From the NCBI GenBank assembly GCA_048013815.1, contig CM106586.1, positions 12,524,001 to 12,588,000 on the forward strand: DNA of 64,000 nt, read 5' to 3'. The position numbers and the translations under genes are program-made. This DNA comes from Setoptus koraiensis (Eukaryota > Animalia > Arthropoda). Positions 31,901-44,890 of the stretch are shown piece after piece (within the stretch, counting starts at the first letter, position 1; the number at the start of each line of letters is the position of its first letter). Under the pieces are notes generated by a model. That model saw only the letters and a program-made list of their open reading frames with translations, was not told the DNA's origin and searched no databases.

Positions 31901-33941
31901 ACTCCCCACGGTAAAACACTTGTTGCGCATACACACTTCGCTACTATCACTGTGATAGTATCACAACACTGACTATTATAGCCGGCGTGTGCGTTACAGT
32001 AAGGCGATGTTGTAATGCAACTACGGGATGGCCCATAGAAAACGGATTACCCAATAGTGACATGACAAAATATCGCTCGCCAGCCAGACTGTGATTGGTG
32101 CAGCTTGTCGATCGTTAGTGGCCGCGTTAGTTATTGTACGAGAGTGACGAGAGCGAGCGAAGAAAAGAAGCTTTTACCTGATCAGTGATCACCCAAACAG
32201 CGCTCGTTACATGCTTACAAGTAGACGGATAAGTTACGACAGCGACCAAATAGAAGATCACGGGTCACAACCAACAGACATCGTGTCATATCATATCCAG
32301 TGGTGACAGTTAAAAGTTGTCGAACAACCGGTTGCTGTTCATCTTGTAACTTTGAGTGGCGATTGTTGTTGCGATAGACAAAAATCATCGAATAACAGTA
32401 AAAATAATTCCTTCAAGGTACAGTAAAGTCAAATCGCTGAATGATAATTATTATCGGCGACAATAATCGACAGCATAAATTGCTATTTTTGCTATCTATG
32501 CGCACAACAAACAACAGCTCGAACAATAACCGAAGAAACAATTCGTCAGAACAATTCAACAATCTAAAGATAGGAAAAAAAGTTTTCGTGCTCATCGTCA
32601 GCCATCTATAAAGTTTTCTCTAACAATATCATTATCTGTGTGTGTCTAATTGAATTTAATTTTCAACTTGCAGCTCACTTACTTGACAGCACCAGTCAGA
32701 TTATTAAAAACAAACTTAACTCGCTATTAACGGCACGCTTGTAACGGCTTACAAGTTGTTTACACACTCACCAATATTGTCATTAGTTCTGTCAGAGGAA
32801 AGCTAATTGTGCTTATTGTGCTAATTGAGTTAATTGTGCAAAAATCAATCATCTCCGCATAACACACAACTCGCTTGATACAATTAACTCATATCCAACG
32901 CTCTCTAGGTGAAATGTGTTTTTGTGGACAAACAAACAAATAAACTTGTGCCATAAACTAACAGCAACAGAAACAACTTGCTATAGACGACTCAAGACGG
33001 TCGTGTGTGTCTAACACTTTCTCGCTGCATGATCTAGAGCTATTCGCAACAATCAATCAGCTTTTTGCACCTTGTCAGTGTGTTGTTGTTGTCCAAGTGT
33101 CAATACCGCCAGCTCAACAGCAAGCTAGCAAGTCTCACATCGTATCATCGTAAGTATCTCGAATCGCGAGTGATCGTCGTTATGATTGTTTGTCACGTAG
33201 GCTGCCTCGAGGTTGTTGTATAGACTCCACTCATCGACATTGACACCACCCGACTCATAAGTTACACACACACGTCTTATTAGTGTTGTTATTGTCCGTT
33301 TTGACGCTTGCTAGTGTGATTTACATATTCAACAGTGACAGCCAACATAATCCATTGTCTGACTAATGATATTTCAATTGACACAGTATCACAGAGTTTG
33401 CTGAATGAGTGCGTTTCATCTTGGCTAGATCAATTCAACTTGTTTTCTCTGGCGATCCAAGCAACCACCATAGAAGCAAACAGACGCACGATACAAACAA
33501 TATCAGATCAACACTAGCATGATTTTTCGCTACTCCGTCTATTAGCTGTTCACATTGTTTATATTGTTTAAACAATCGACTCTTGCCAGTCAGCGATAGA
33601 CAGTGTCCCGGCTCTATGCACTTGCAAACAAACAATAGCCTACGAGTGGGACAGCACGATCTCACAGTGATTGTTACCGTCGAGCAAATATTATTAATAT
33701 TCTATCATCGCACTTAACTAACTGTTGTCATTGTTGTTACTCTCCTATTTATAACACAGTCCGTCTTTATCGATCGGACCATGATCTAGCCAAACAGACG
33801 CTGTAAGAAGTGCCAGCCAATCTAGCGACGCCACAAGTTACCACGATAATCTAACGACAACAACAGCGTTTATTCGAAAAAAAACAGCTAATACCGGGTA
33901 GTAATTAACATTATTCAATATACCAAAATATATATACCAAA

Positions 33942-34963
33942 ATGGTGGCTATAGACAAAAATCCCGAAAAATGTTCAGCCGTGCACACGCTGGAGCGAGA
34001 CATGCCAACGGAGGACTATACGCACTTGGTGCTAAAATTGCGCCAACTCATTCTAGAATATTCAGACCAAAATCCGGGTATGGTCACCCAAAAAGATGTA
34101 GACAAATGTAAGAACGACGATTGGTTTTTGTCGCGCTATTTATTACGACAACATTTAGATGTCAACAATGCCCTGTTGATGCTGAAGAAGGCCATGCGAT
34201 ACCGCAATGAATCATTGCTGACCTCCATCAAAAGAGAGGACTTTCCACGCGAATTCTATCGAGTTGGCGGCATATTCGGCTACGAGAAGGACAGAAAGGG
34301 CAACTATATGCTCTACATACGCGTCAAGATACACAAACGTATACCGGAGATCGCTGAATTTCTCAAGGCCTTTCTATTTTACATCATAGATGCGCTCGAC
34401 GAACAGGCCAACGGCAGGGGTGAGCACACTTTACCAATGTCTAATCAATGTTCCAATCGCTCATACATATTATGTTGTTTATAACAACAATTTTCTCTCA
34501 CACCCCTCATCTCATCTCAGGCATTTCATTTGTGTTCGATTGTTCGGGCGCGGGTCTGGCCAATGCCGACATGGACATGCTGTTCTACATTGTGTCAACT
34601 CTAGTCAACTACTTTCCAAAGGGACTATCCTACCTGTTGGTCCATCAACTACCATGGTTGCTCAAACCATTCTGGCACATCGCCAAGACGTGGCTCTCTG
34701 AAGATCATAGGAATCTAATTAAATTCAGCGATTCTAACACAATATATGAGTATGTGGCCGAGGAAAACTTGCCTGATTTCATGGGCGGCACATGCAAACG
34801 TGATTATCGGGCCGCCCCAGAGAATTGTTGCAATTTGGACCAAGCGGCAAAATTGTGGGGCATAGAGAAAGAACTGGTGCGAAGGATCAAGCCCAAATTC
34901 TACGAGCATCTACCCGAGGATTGTTTAACCGACGATGATCACGTGATTACGAACGACAATTGA
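33942..34963 (+). CDS. Second CRAL-TRIO (MOSPD2-like, no MSP domain) protein, 306 aa; exons 33942-34419 and 34521-34963
   Basis: DDWFLSRYLLR, EDFPREFYRVGGIF, FVFDCSGAGLANAD, LPDFMGGTC. GT-AG intron 34420-34520. Confidence 0.92.
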
Positions 34964-35328
34964 CACACTTCATGCATCAAGGATATCCATTCATGCTCAC
35001 AAAACATTGACAACAAAGCTGTACTCATCGCTGGTGAACTATGACAGTTCAAGCATAAAGTGACCACAATGCATTGTATTCACCAAATAATCACATCTAG
35101 CGTACCAAGACGCTGAACTTTCACTTTCGGTTGTTGTCTCTCACTGTCTGCGAAATCTTTTTAGGTTCTCCTCTTTGTTCTCCCTGTCCGTCGTTTCAGT
35201 CCTCATAAGATAACCATCTTTGGCTAGACTAAGTAACTTAATCATAGATTGGACACCAAGAATAAATGTTATCTGTTCGATGGACACCGACATCGTGACC
35301 ATCTGAATCGGCAACAGGTAATCATTAC

Positions 35329-36216
35329 AATGTGTGGATCGATCAGGTCCTGTCTACGTGACACAGTCTCAACTCTTCCAACTAATTCGCGCCAGCTCTG
35401 AATATCATCGGGACGCTTGGAGCGGGTTGTTGAACTGAGCTTAGTACAATTGTACTCATACTTTACAATAACACTAATTCCACTTAAGCCATTCTCCCGT
35501 TTAGACCGTACGTTGGTACATTTGATGATTATGATGGCTTTATATTGCAAATGTGTCACATGTCGCATTGTATCACACGCGTCGGTAGATTAAACTGCTT
35601 TTAACTGTTTAGCTTTGTTCAATTTGTCCACCAGTACCATGGTGGATCTGTGACAGACGCCGCAATGTTTCGCAAAATCGTATAAGATTAGAACTAGAGA
35701 CTTGTTCAGTAAAATTATTGTTCAGTCACGAGAGCTCGTTGATATGCAAAGCCTTGTTAAGCCCTACTTTAATGTTTTCTGTTGAACATGAACCTTCTAT
35801 AAAAGGCTCCCAAATCATAATAACTTGTTAGTTTGACTAAATTAACTTAAACATATATTATCATATATTGTGGCCGACATCAGATGATGACAATAAAAAT
35901 ATATTTTTCGTTTGGTGGGGGTGAGGAGAGTTGAAATGTTATCTTCATTTCACTTTTCTGATGTATAAATAACAATGCAGGTTGATAACCAAAGAAAATA
36001 GCATTCATATCATTTAAGCACAAATGTAAACATAAGAATGGGATCGATGAAGCTTCTCTTATAATATATATAATATAAGACTTATATGTCATACACCTTG
36101 AACTTTTCCAATCGACTTGTGGGACGAACGAATATCTGTCGCTGGTGAGTGGCTCTCTGCCGAGATCGTCAAACTAATTTTAGCTTGATCATGTTCATAG
36201 TTTGCGTCCAATCGTC
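35329..36216 (-). pseudogene. Degenerate continuation of the MAST gene: linker motif and PDZ-like relic (decayed, or weakly spliced exons)
   Basis: ISLTISAESH (36178-36149) resembles MAST LSLLIPSEHH. IIIIK..GLSGISV..LVGRVE..RQDLIDPHI (35538-35329) resembles MAST PDZ PIII..GFTLRAIRV..MVWHVE..RQGDLITHV. Located ~0.9 kb after the kinase ORF. Confidence 0.5.
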
Positions 36217-36413
36217 CTATGTACCGTGTTTGATAATACTACTAAGAAAATCCGGTTTAGCAATTATGATAGTTCCCTTTACTACTATACTATCAAAGAC
36301 TTGTGGCAAACCTAGAGCCATTTTTGGACTATCATTTGAATTGTTTGACTTTTTTATACAACACACAGCTTTTTGTTTAACAAGAGTGGATAGATTAGGT
36401 TCATCTATCTATT

Positions 36414-39296
36414 TTATTTGGTTCTATTTGGTTTGCGTTCTTTATAGTCACGGTTGTAACGTGGTGAACATGAAGAGAAGCTACTGAATATAGATGAGCC
36501 ATCATCCGATTTATCGTTAGTTGCATCCTCATCATTGTCGGAATCCAAGTTGTGCCTATCTTGTCGAGTGTCAAAGTAACTGGTATCCTCATCGTTTTCT
36601 AACTGAGGCACGAAAGCTGCTTTCTGTCTCAAGAGATCTTCCCAACACACATCATTAAAGAATGGATGACTTTTTACTTCCATCGCGCCTCCGGTTCCTA
36701 ACCTTTCTTTGGGGTTTCGCTGCAATAGCTGTGCGATGAGATCTTTAGCTTCCGCTGGTAACGGCCAATCATCATCACTTGGCCATTCGATATCGTCATG
36801 GATGACATGGTCGAAGAGTTCCTCGGGCGTATCACTAATAAATGGCACAATGCCTACTAAGAATTCATACAGTATTATACCCATAGACCAATAATCTACT
36901 GGCTTTCCATAACCTTGTCTAAGAATCACTTCTGGGGCTATATAGTTGGGGGTTCCAAACACTTGCATATCATTGAATTGCTTGGTTTCTTTATCTAGAT
37001 ATGATTCAAATAGGCTGGTCGTATGACTCATTAATCCAATCTTACTTAAACCAAAGTCTGTGAGTTTGATGTGGCCTAATGCTGTTATGAGTAAATTATC
37101 AGGTTTAAGGTCTCTGTGAACTATCCCGTAGTTATGTAAATAATCCACTGCCAAAATCGTTTCAGAAAAGTAGAATTTGGCTAAATCAACAGATAACGGT
37201 CCATTTTTCAACAATGCAGCACAATCTCCTCCTTCAACATACTCCATGACCATGCACAAATGTCGTTTTGTTTCAAAACTACAAAGCATACTAACAACAA
37301 AAGGATTGTCACTGAAACTCATAATGTCTCTCTCTGCAAAAACTTGATCAACTTGATTTCGCAAAGCTAAACGATGTTTACCAATCTTTTTTATGGCATA
37401 CCGACGACGCGTCTCCTTGTGACGAACAAGATATACGACACCAAAAGCGCCTTGACTGATAAGCTTGATTGTCTCGTAATCGTCCTCTGATGGGTTTTGT
37501 CTAAGATTAATTGCACGAGCCTGAAGAGTCGTGGCATAAATAGGAGGTCCAAGAAGATTTTTGTCATCTCTACTTACACCAACCTTTTGAGATGGGGAAT
37601 CACTAGTAGATAAAGGGGTTAAGGCTAGACTTGATGTGGGATTGTCATCTTTGGTTTGGGTTGGTTCATCTTCACCTTCATCAGATGTGAGATCTATAGC
37701 TGGCAAAGGTATGCGTGGAATATTGTGATTTTTAGCCGAAGATTGCTTTTTCTTGATAGATCCTAATAAATCATCAGATCCGTCTTCGGCATTGAATTTT
37801 TCTAACTCATCTTGCAATGGATGCCTATTTAGTCCTAACTGGTCTATTATATACCTGGGTATGTCGGTGCGTATGATGCCTACGTGCTCTCTCACTTGAC
37901 CTTCGGCTGCTTCTAGAAACCTATAAAACTCCTCTGGATTAAATTCTAAACATTCTAATAGGCGAGCGGGTCTCGATATAATCAATAAAAACTGTCGGAT
38001 AAGTTTCTTCAGGTAAGTTCCAGCTTTTGGAGATTTTGCCTGACAGTCTAAATGCAGTTTCTCTAAGTTCTCACTAGTGTCAATAAAATATTCAGATGTT
38101 ATCAGTTTATCACACGATTTGTCATAGCAATCGCGTGCCATTTCTATCAACTGACGATGTCCAAAACAAGCAACAGGATCTTTGAGAGAATCAGAAGCCA
38201 ATTTGTTATCTTCGATAAACTTTAGTAGTTTCTCCTCCATCTGTTTGGTGGCCCTGGGAAAGCGCTCTTTATAAATTCTATTTGTCTCTATTATATCGTT
38301 ATCCATCGGGACGCTGCGAACAGGGGATGATAAAGACCTAGATCTTGGCCTATTCACAAACGGAGATGAGCGACCAAATTCGTGCTCTGATATAGTGTGG
38401 CCCGAATTGGAATCATTGCTAGCGAAGTTACTATCACTTCCTCCTGATATGATACTTGAATCGAATGACTTAGGACAATGAACCAAAGATCCTGTTGCTT
38501 GTTGATTGAGATGACGATTTAATAAGTGCAAACTGTGATTGCCTGGATAATGTTCTAAGTGATTTGCAGCTTGCTCATCATTGCTGAGCCTGCCATGGCA
38601 ATTGATGTGATGCAAATGATGCATATGATTGGCCTCACTGTTTGGATTCGGAGGTTGCCCCAATGTGAATGTGGCACCATGATGCGGCTGATCATGGCCG
38701 ACTTGGCTTGTGTTGGCTTGATTAAAAGAGGCAGATCCAGGTCCGTGATGACTATACCTACTACTAGGGTAAGAGGGACCATAATGACTATTGTTGGTTG
38801 ATTGATGTTGGTTTGTAGCACCAGGACAAACGTTGTTGTTAATGAGCCCTTGTATTCTCTCTTGAGATGAGAATTGTGACGACATATTTGAACTCTCTGG
38901 GGTGTTGGTACCATAACCAGATGATGGCAATGATGCCAACGACCAGCGTCTTCCATCTCGTCTGACATTGCCAAAGATGGGATGATGCGCCAAAGCGGTT
39001 ATATTAGATTTTGGGCTATCTGCCGATGGACTGTTGATATGATGCTGTTGGATGGGCGAATGACATCTGTGAAAACTGGGAGATGTTGGCACTAACGAAG
39101 CCCTGGCCACTCTAGAAACAATGGAGCATCTACTCCCGCGTCTGCCAGTATCGAAAGAGCCGTCTCTAACATGCTGTATGGAGGTCTTGTTGGAGGTATT
39201 ATGGTGAGATGGATGTCCAATGTTCGGGTGCTCATGTCTTTTCTTTATGCAAGTTTCGCTGGCACTGCGCTTAATGGTGCACTTTGACTCCATCAT
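36414..39296 (-). CDS. MAST: Microtubule-associated Ser/Thr kinase (MAST/drop out family), 960 aa: DUF1908, kinase and AGC C-tail; no PDZ in the ORF
   Basis: DGRRWSLASLPSSGYGTN, RPRSRSLSSP, LIISRPARLLECLEFNPEEFY, HRDLKPDN, DFGLSK, GTPNYIAPEV, EDTSYFDTR, FSSCSPR. First ATG at 39296. Confidence 0.94.
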   Translation of the reverse strand: MMESKCTIKRSASETCIKKRHEHPNIGHPSHHNTSNKTSIQHVRDGSFDTGRRGSRCSIVSRVARASLVPTSPSFHRCHSPIQQHHINSPSADSPKSNITALAHHPIFGNVRRDGRRWSLASLPSSGYGTNTPESSNMSSQFSSQERIQGLINNNVCPGATNQHQSTNNSHYGPSYPSSRYSHHGPGSASFNQANTSQVGHDQPHHGATFTLGQPPNPNSEANHMHHLHHINCHGRLSNDEQAANHLEHYPGNHSLHLLNRHLNQQATGSLVHCPKSFDSSIISGGSDSNFASNDSNSGHTISEHEFGRSSPFVNRPRSRSLSSPVRSVPMDNDIIETNRIYKERFPRATKQMEEKLLKFIEDNKLASDSLKDPVACFGHRQLIEMARDCYDKSCDKLITSEYFIDTSENLEKLHLDCQAKSPKAGTYLKKLIRQFLLIISRPARLLECLEFNPEEFYRFLEAAEGQVREHVGIIRTDIPRYIIDQLGLNRHPLQDELEKFNAEDGSDDLLGSIKKKQSSAKNHNIPRIPLPAIDLTSDEGEDEPTQTKDDNPTSSLALTPLSTSDSPSQKVGVSRDDKNLLGPPIYATTLQARAINLRQNPSEDDYETIKLISQGAFGVVYLVRHKETRRRYAIKKIGKHRLALRNQVDQVFAERDIMSFSDNPFVVSMLCSFETKRHLCMVMEYVEGGDCAALLKNGPLSVDLAKFYFSETILAVDYLHNYGIVHRDLKPDNLLITALGHIKLTDFGLSKIGLMSHTTSLFESYLDKETKQFNDMQVFGTPNYIAPEVILRQGYGKPVDYWSMGIILYEFLVGIVPFISDTPEELFDHVIHDDIEWPSDDDWPLPAEAKDLIAQLLQRNPKERLGTGGAMEVKSHPFFNDVCWEDLLRQKAAFVPQLENDEDTSYFDTRQDRHNLDSDNDEDATNDKSDDGSSIFSSFSSCSPRYNRDYKERKPNRTK

Positions 39297-40722
39297 GTGT
39301 GTGGCGTGTGTGTGTGCTTGTATGTGTATAAGTGATTGTTCGTATGATACAACAACAATAATCAATTAGATAGTTTTTTATAGCATGAGTGTTACCTTTT
39401 CTTTGTGTCTGTGTGTTGTAATATGTAGATAATAACTTGAGATGAGATGTGAGATACAATAGTAAATTATTATTAATAATAATAATAATAATGTAGACGT
39501 GAATATATATATATAATGTGTATGTGTCTCATAATGTGTCTGCGTGTGTGTGGGTGATAACAATGATAGGGCTAGATTGAGAGACAATCACCAGGCTATG
39601 GTGCTTGTATTGTTGTTGGCTGTCTCCTTCGTGGTCGGTAGTGTTGATTCCTACCATAAACTAATACCAATTACCATTACCTAGACAATATGATAATAAT
39701 ATTTATTTCAATACTGATGATATTTTGATATGGCGAAATCGGTGGTGGTGGCTATGCGGCGACGACGGCGACGACGACAACGGCGACGGCGAGTGTTAAT
39801 GAGATTTCATTTTGTGTCAATGTCGTGGATGCGCACTATATACTGTATATTGTCATCAATATTGTCACAATAATGAATTGTATGTGTACAAATCTTGGGT
39901 AGAGGTTCCGATATGTGATGGTTCGATCGAATAGATTCTGTCCTATTCAATAATGATAACGATATCGATGATGTTGTTATTGTTGTTCGGAGTGTCTGGT
40001 CTCTCTCGGCGTCTACTTAGGCGTGTGAGTGTTGGTGTGAATGTCCAACTAGGCCAATTACTATTAGTGATGGATCGAGCAAGCGTGCTATTAAGAGTAC
40101 ACGACAGAGATATTGATAACGTGTGTGTCTATTTTGTTCTCGCTGGTAGTTTTGCTAAATGTTTTGTAGTATGTTTACTATTGCTGCATTGCTGTTTGTT
40201 GCTGCTGATGCTACTGTTGTTACACTGTTACATTTGGTCGCATGGTGGCGTCTACCGTGCCACAATAATAATATAGATACAATAGTTTTGTTGTCGTGTT
40301 GTGTCCTCGATAAATTGCAGCGATGATGACGTTGAAAGCCAAAATGCAAGCGCTCGTATAGTGTTAATTTGAAGAAGGGTCAATAAATAATAATAATTTA
40401 ATTTAGGCGAATTAAGCTCAACTCATGAGCAAATCATCATCATCATTGGCTATCATCTTCCATTGATTGTGGCATGATTATGGTGCATTGGCTTGCACAC
40501 AATTGCACATTAATTGAATGCGTGGCTATAACGATGCTGCTGAAATGCTGCTTGTTGTTGTGCTTCTGGGATCTTGTAGACGATCATATGTGTATGATTC
40601 GTGTACGACATCTGTCGGTATTCGGTGCAAATCAGCAATAATAATAATAACGAGACGCATGCAGCATTCGATTCAATAGGCTGTTCGTTTGTTGCGGGCG
40701 CCGATGCAAATTGGTCCTCGGT

Positions 40723-40810
40723 TCGGATTGGATTATCGGATTTGGTTATCGGATTTGGTTATCGGATTTGGTTGTCGGATTCGGTTATCGGATTTGATTA
40801 TCGGATTGTA
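40723..40810. repeat. 13-bp minisatellite x~7 (TCGGATTTGGTTA)
   Basis: Units counted directly. Confidence 0.9.
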
Positions 40811-42254
40811 TCATAAATTGTCGTATAAATAGAAATTAATTGCAATCATGGGTTGATGTCAGCCAATGTGAGCGCTGGAGTGGATAGTTGATTCATTGCG
40901 GTCGTGTAATATCGAATTTGTTGTTGTTCTACTGAGCGAATTGTTGGGCTGCCACCAACGCAGCCAGCAGCACTAAACACAAAGCAATTTGAGGATGATT
41001 ATTGATAATTATTACAGTTGATTGTGATTGACGATTGTGTCGATTGGGTCGGCCAGCTATAAATTGGCTGCTGCTGCCGCTGAACACCGACTCACTTGGG
41101 GCGCCATCAGTGCATCCATTGCGATATTGATTCGAACAACACTCGGCGTTGTATCCGGATAATTAGCCAAGTATTTATGAAATTGTCTATTTCTATAAAT
41201 ATTTGTGTGCAATAATTATCCAGACGACGACGATGATATGTGTCGAATATTGTCCGAACCGAATCGAAATGTGTGTCTCGAACTGGCAATGCTGCCGTTG
41301 CTGCTGTCCTGGATTGTTCGACAACATCGAACTTCGAACACAACGATAGACGGGCGAACAAGCGCAACGCTTGCATTCTGTGTGTGTGTGCGTCTGTGTG
41401 TGTGTCTGTGTGGCTCAATCTGCTGCTTATTCGATGGCCTGTCTGCCTGCCTGCCTGCCTGTGTGTCTGTTTGTGCGTTTGTCTCACTAACACACACACA
41501 GCATTGCTGATGGGTACGTCGATACAATTCGTTGCTGGCTTGCCAGTGGCGACGCCAACGCTGCTGCTGCAGTTGTGTTGCCGCAGTTCCATGCGCAGTT
41601 CCGTCGTCTGTGCCAGCTGCCCTGTGCCAGTCGGGCATGCCCGACTCGGGCATGCCCTAACTGCCGCGCCCACCCTCACTGATACCCCCGCGACACGCGA
41701 TACATGTGATACAGTTATGCATACAGCGCACAATGTTTATGAAATTCGCATATTCGCTTACACTCGCTGACTATCGCACTGATTCTCGGAATAAAAATGC
41801 TCGTCAGACGATAATAACTTATTATTAATAAGTGATGCAATGCGACGCTGTCGCTCGCCGTTCAGCTCACAAGGCGTCAGATCACGCAAATCAAAGTATA
41901 TGGTCCCCATAGTTAGCGGTACCCGACGTTGTGAGTGGGTGGCGGCACATCTCTCGCTCGGGATACGCACTCCGCATTTGATACTCATCGAAAATTCGCA
42001 GAATTAGCAGCAGATAAGTAGCCGGCATTTGTGCAGCTTTGGTGCAGGATGCGAAAATCAAAGTGGGGCCTCGGGGCTATAAGTGGTTGGTTGGCAATGC
42101 CCCCATCTGTAAGTGGTACCCGAGTTTTTTTCGAAGCTCGCCACGCCATGCAGTCGATTCCTGCGCCACTTTGTGTGCTATACGAATGGTACAGTAGAGC
42201 CAGGCACAGATTTGGTGGCGCAGAAACGCACCAGGTAATAACTGCAGCAGCAGC

Positions 42255-42338
<84 letters not shown>
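42255..42338. repeat. (AAC)28 microsatellite
   Basis: 84 nt of pure AAC. Confidence 0.95.
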
Positions 42339-42350
<12 letters not shown>

Positions 42351-42672
42351 GACAACAGTAACTACAATTGGCACGGAATTAAAACTTCTTCAAGGAACAG
42401 ACGGAATATCTTGAGGGGATATGCTCTTTCTTCCTCTTATAGGCTGCTGCTTCTTCGTCTTTCATCCATGGCTGGCTCTCTCGCCAGATTGAATGAAAGC
42501 ATCGCACGCTTACCTGCCGCAATGGTGTCCTTGCCAGTGCAGTAAGCGATTTAATTCTTCTCCATTCAAGTGTATCGCCCAACAGCGCACTCACCGCCCC
42601 TCGCACTGGCAGCTCACCTACGCTGGCCTGATCTTGTCTCATCTGTAACTTGCGAGCTGCAAGAATCCTCTG

Positions 42673-42712
42673 ACAAGCCTCTTACTACAAGCCTCTTACT
42701 ACAAGCCTCTTG
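42673..42712. repeat. 14-bp tandem repeat x~3 (ACAAGCCTCTTACT)
   Basis: Read directly. Confidence 0.85.
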
Positions 42713-44499
42713 TTACGAGAGTCTTGTATGAGCACACCAACAGCGCCTACGAACATACATGATTAGTGTGAGTGCTGGCAACTATTCTGGAAATTTCCTG
42801 ACAATAGACCGGCCGAACAGTGAATGGAAGCGACAGCCGAGTCGCAATTATTGTAGCAATGCAATGGAATATGTCACCGACTGCCACCATTCATCAGCGC
42901 CACGATAATCATGATCGCGTTAGCGTCACGCCGTCGACCGACGCTGTCTGGCCGAACGGCGCCCAGCCCAATTAGTTAACGAATTGATCTTTAATTCATT
43001 GGTGGTTCGCATTCGCCAGTCGCGGCAAATGCGTGCTTTCGCACTAAAACGCACTCCAATTGGACCCCCCATCCCATCAATCGGCAATCGGCAATGGCGC
43101 GGCCCGATCGCCATCGGGCCGCCATATGGCACACATGGGCAAATGCGGGACACACTACTAGTACACATTAATGCCAGTTGGCACACACTGACAGCGGCTT
43201 GCCAACTAGCATCGTCATGGTAATTATTTGGCACCCATGCAATGAATGCACCATGTGTGCACATGTCAACTTGCTGGCTGTGCCCGTCATCAACTATTCA
43301 TAATTGGCAACATCAACAGTGTTGACAAAATAACTCGTCATGCACCGACACACGGTTGTTGGCTTGTCTAGACAGCGCCATCGACAAACTTGTCGCATGA
43401 TTTTTTTGCCGGCACCATTGGTGTGTGCCTATCCTATTATTATGTTGTCACTGTAATCATATGTGTTTTTGCTGGCTCATTAGAGGCCTGGCCTGTGCGA
43501 ATCGCGAGAGAGCAGTGTGGTCCGAGCGGAACCCACCAGTCGGACGAGTGAGCGACGACGACGACAACAACATTGCAAGCTGTAATAGATACAGGAATAT
43601 CTGGTGATCGGCAATGAAAGTGATCGAGTGAAAGTGCGTGGGTGTGCTCGCCACTGCGGCACAACAATGTGTCACAGTGGCGGTGATTGTTGCAAAGTTG
43701 AGTTGACTTTTGTCGTCTCACAACAATCGACGATTCTTCAACAATGCGTAGATTATCGCTAACAAAGGCAAGCTCGCCTGTGAGCCGGCTCTGGCTACCT
43801 GGCCAGAGTGTTTCAAACACTGTGTTTGTGTGCGAGTAGCATTCACGTCAAAATCACCTGAGCGCCTGATGGCGGGCAAACTGTGTTGTTGCATTGTGTG
43901 TGCTATAACAACACACCATAAGTCACACGATGGGCTCCAAATGGCAAACGCACAAAGAGGGCCCACAACCAAGTGTTACCTGATCGTGGCGATCAATGAG
44001 CGGAAATGTTCCGAGAGCAGACACAACCAATCAGATCAGTGCTCATTATCTCAGTCAGGTGCACCGATTGGTGCGAATACTGCGGTGGCCTAATGACGCC
44101 CGAAATAACTGATGCGTAACGTTCGTGTAAGAATAGTTTTCCTGCACATGACGACACAACTGACCTTGGCCCATTGATAAATGATGGCATTGGGTAATAT
44201 TTGTTGTCGGCCGCATGCTGTTGGCCAGACGCGTTTGTGCGATCATCGTTTCAAGCTCGTTTGTGGCCTGAGAAAGATGGACTCTGGTTGCTGTTGGCTG
44301 AGGGCACTCGTGCGAACCATTCGAACAATTCGCAACATACGTACAAATTGTCTGAGCATAATCACTGGCCGACTGGCCGTGTGCCATCAATGAGGATCGT
44401 CGACAAGCCATCAATAGTAGCGAAAGATTTCATGTTATACAATCAGGTGAAGTAGAAGATTCCAATAAAGAAATTCTCTCGTTGGCCGAATAGACAATT

Positions 44500-44890
44500 C
44501 GCCAAATAGTCCGGACGCCAATGGACGCTGCAATGAACTAACTATCCGGCTATCACCATCACCAAAACCGGTGGAGGAAAAGAAGGCTTCGTGCCGGTGC
44601 CAGAAGCCATCAGTCAGTTGTAGCGAACAGTCATTGTGTGGAACATCATTATGATAACACGCTCGAGGATTCGCTTGAACGACACCCTGGATTCTGAGGC
44701 TTAGAACACTCAAACAGGGGAGAGAAAATTCGAGCGGGCCCCCGGTTCGCCCATAACCAGACTGGCAAAGTCTCGCTCGTTAGCAAGAAATAGCTAAACA
44801 TCTCACTGAGAATGGCATGCAACGAAAGCTCTACATGCAAAACTCTCTTCATGCACCAGGAAGTTGCTGGCAGGAACACCAAGGCGGCGG
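44500..44890 (+). pseudogene. Possible RecQ-helicase relic (motifs 0, I and Ib)
   Basis: VRTPMDAAMN*LSG, frameshift, TGGGK..PEAISQL*RTVIV, then KLLAGTP. Resembles BLM/RECQL FRTNQLEAINA..LG, PTGGGKS..PACVSPGVTVVI, KLLYVTP. Several stops. Confidence 0.3.

Noticed and set aside
35050-35130. MSP-domain relic after CRAL-TRIO2 (CIVFTK*SHLAYQ)
   Set aside because: Match is under 15 aa and the following residues do not fit the MSP motif.
41985-42414. Poly-Thr, poly-Val and poly-Leu ORFs
   Set aside because: By-products of the (AAC)28 microsatellite; the flanks show no protein features.
42379-42642. 87-aa minus-strand ORF with several donor-like sites as a small mitochondrial protein or exon
   Set aside because: No consistent family match and no partner exons identified.
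44435-44713. MBOAT/DGAT-like motif (ELSIRPTREFLYWN) on the minus strand
   Set aside because: Single short motif, overlapping a longer RecQ-like string on the other strand; shows the chance-match rate.
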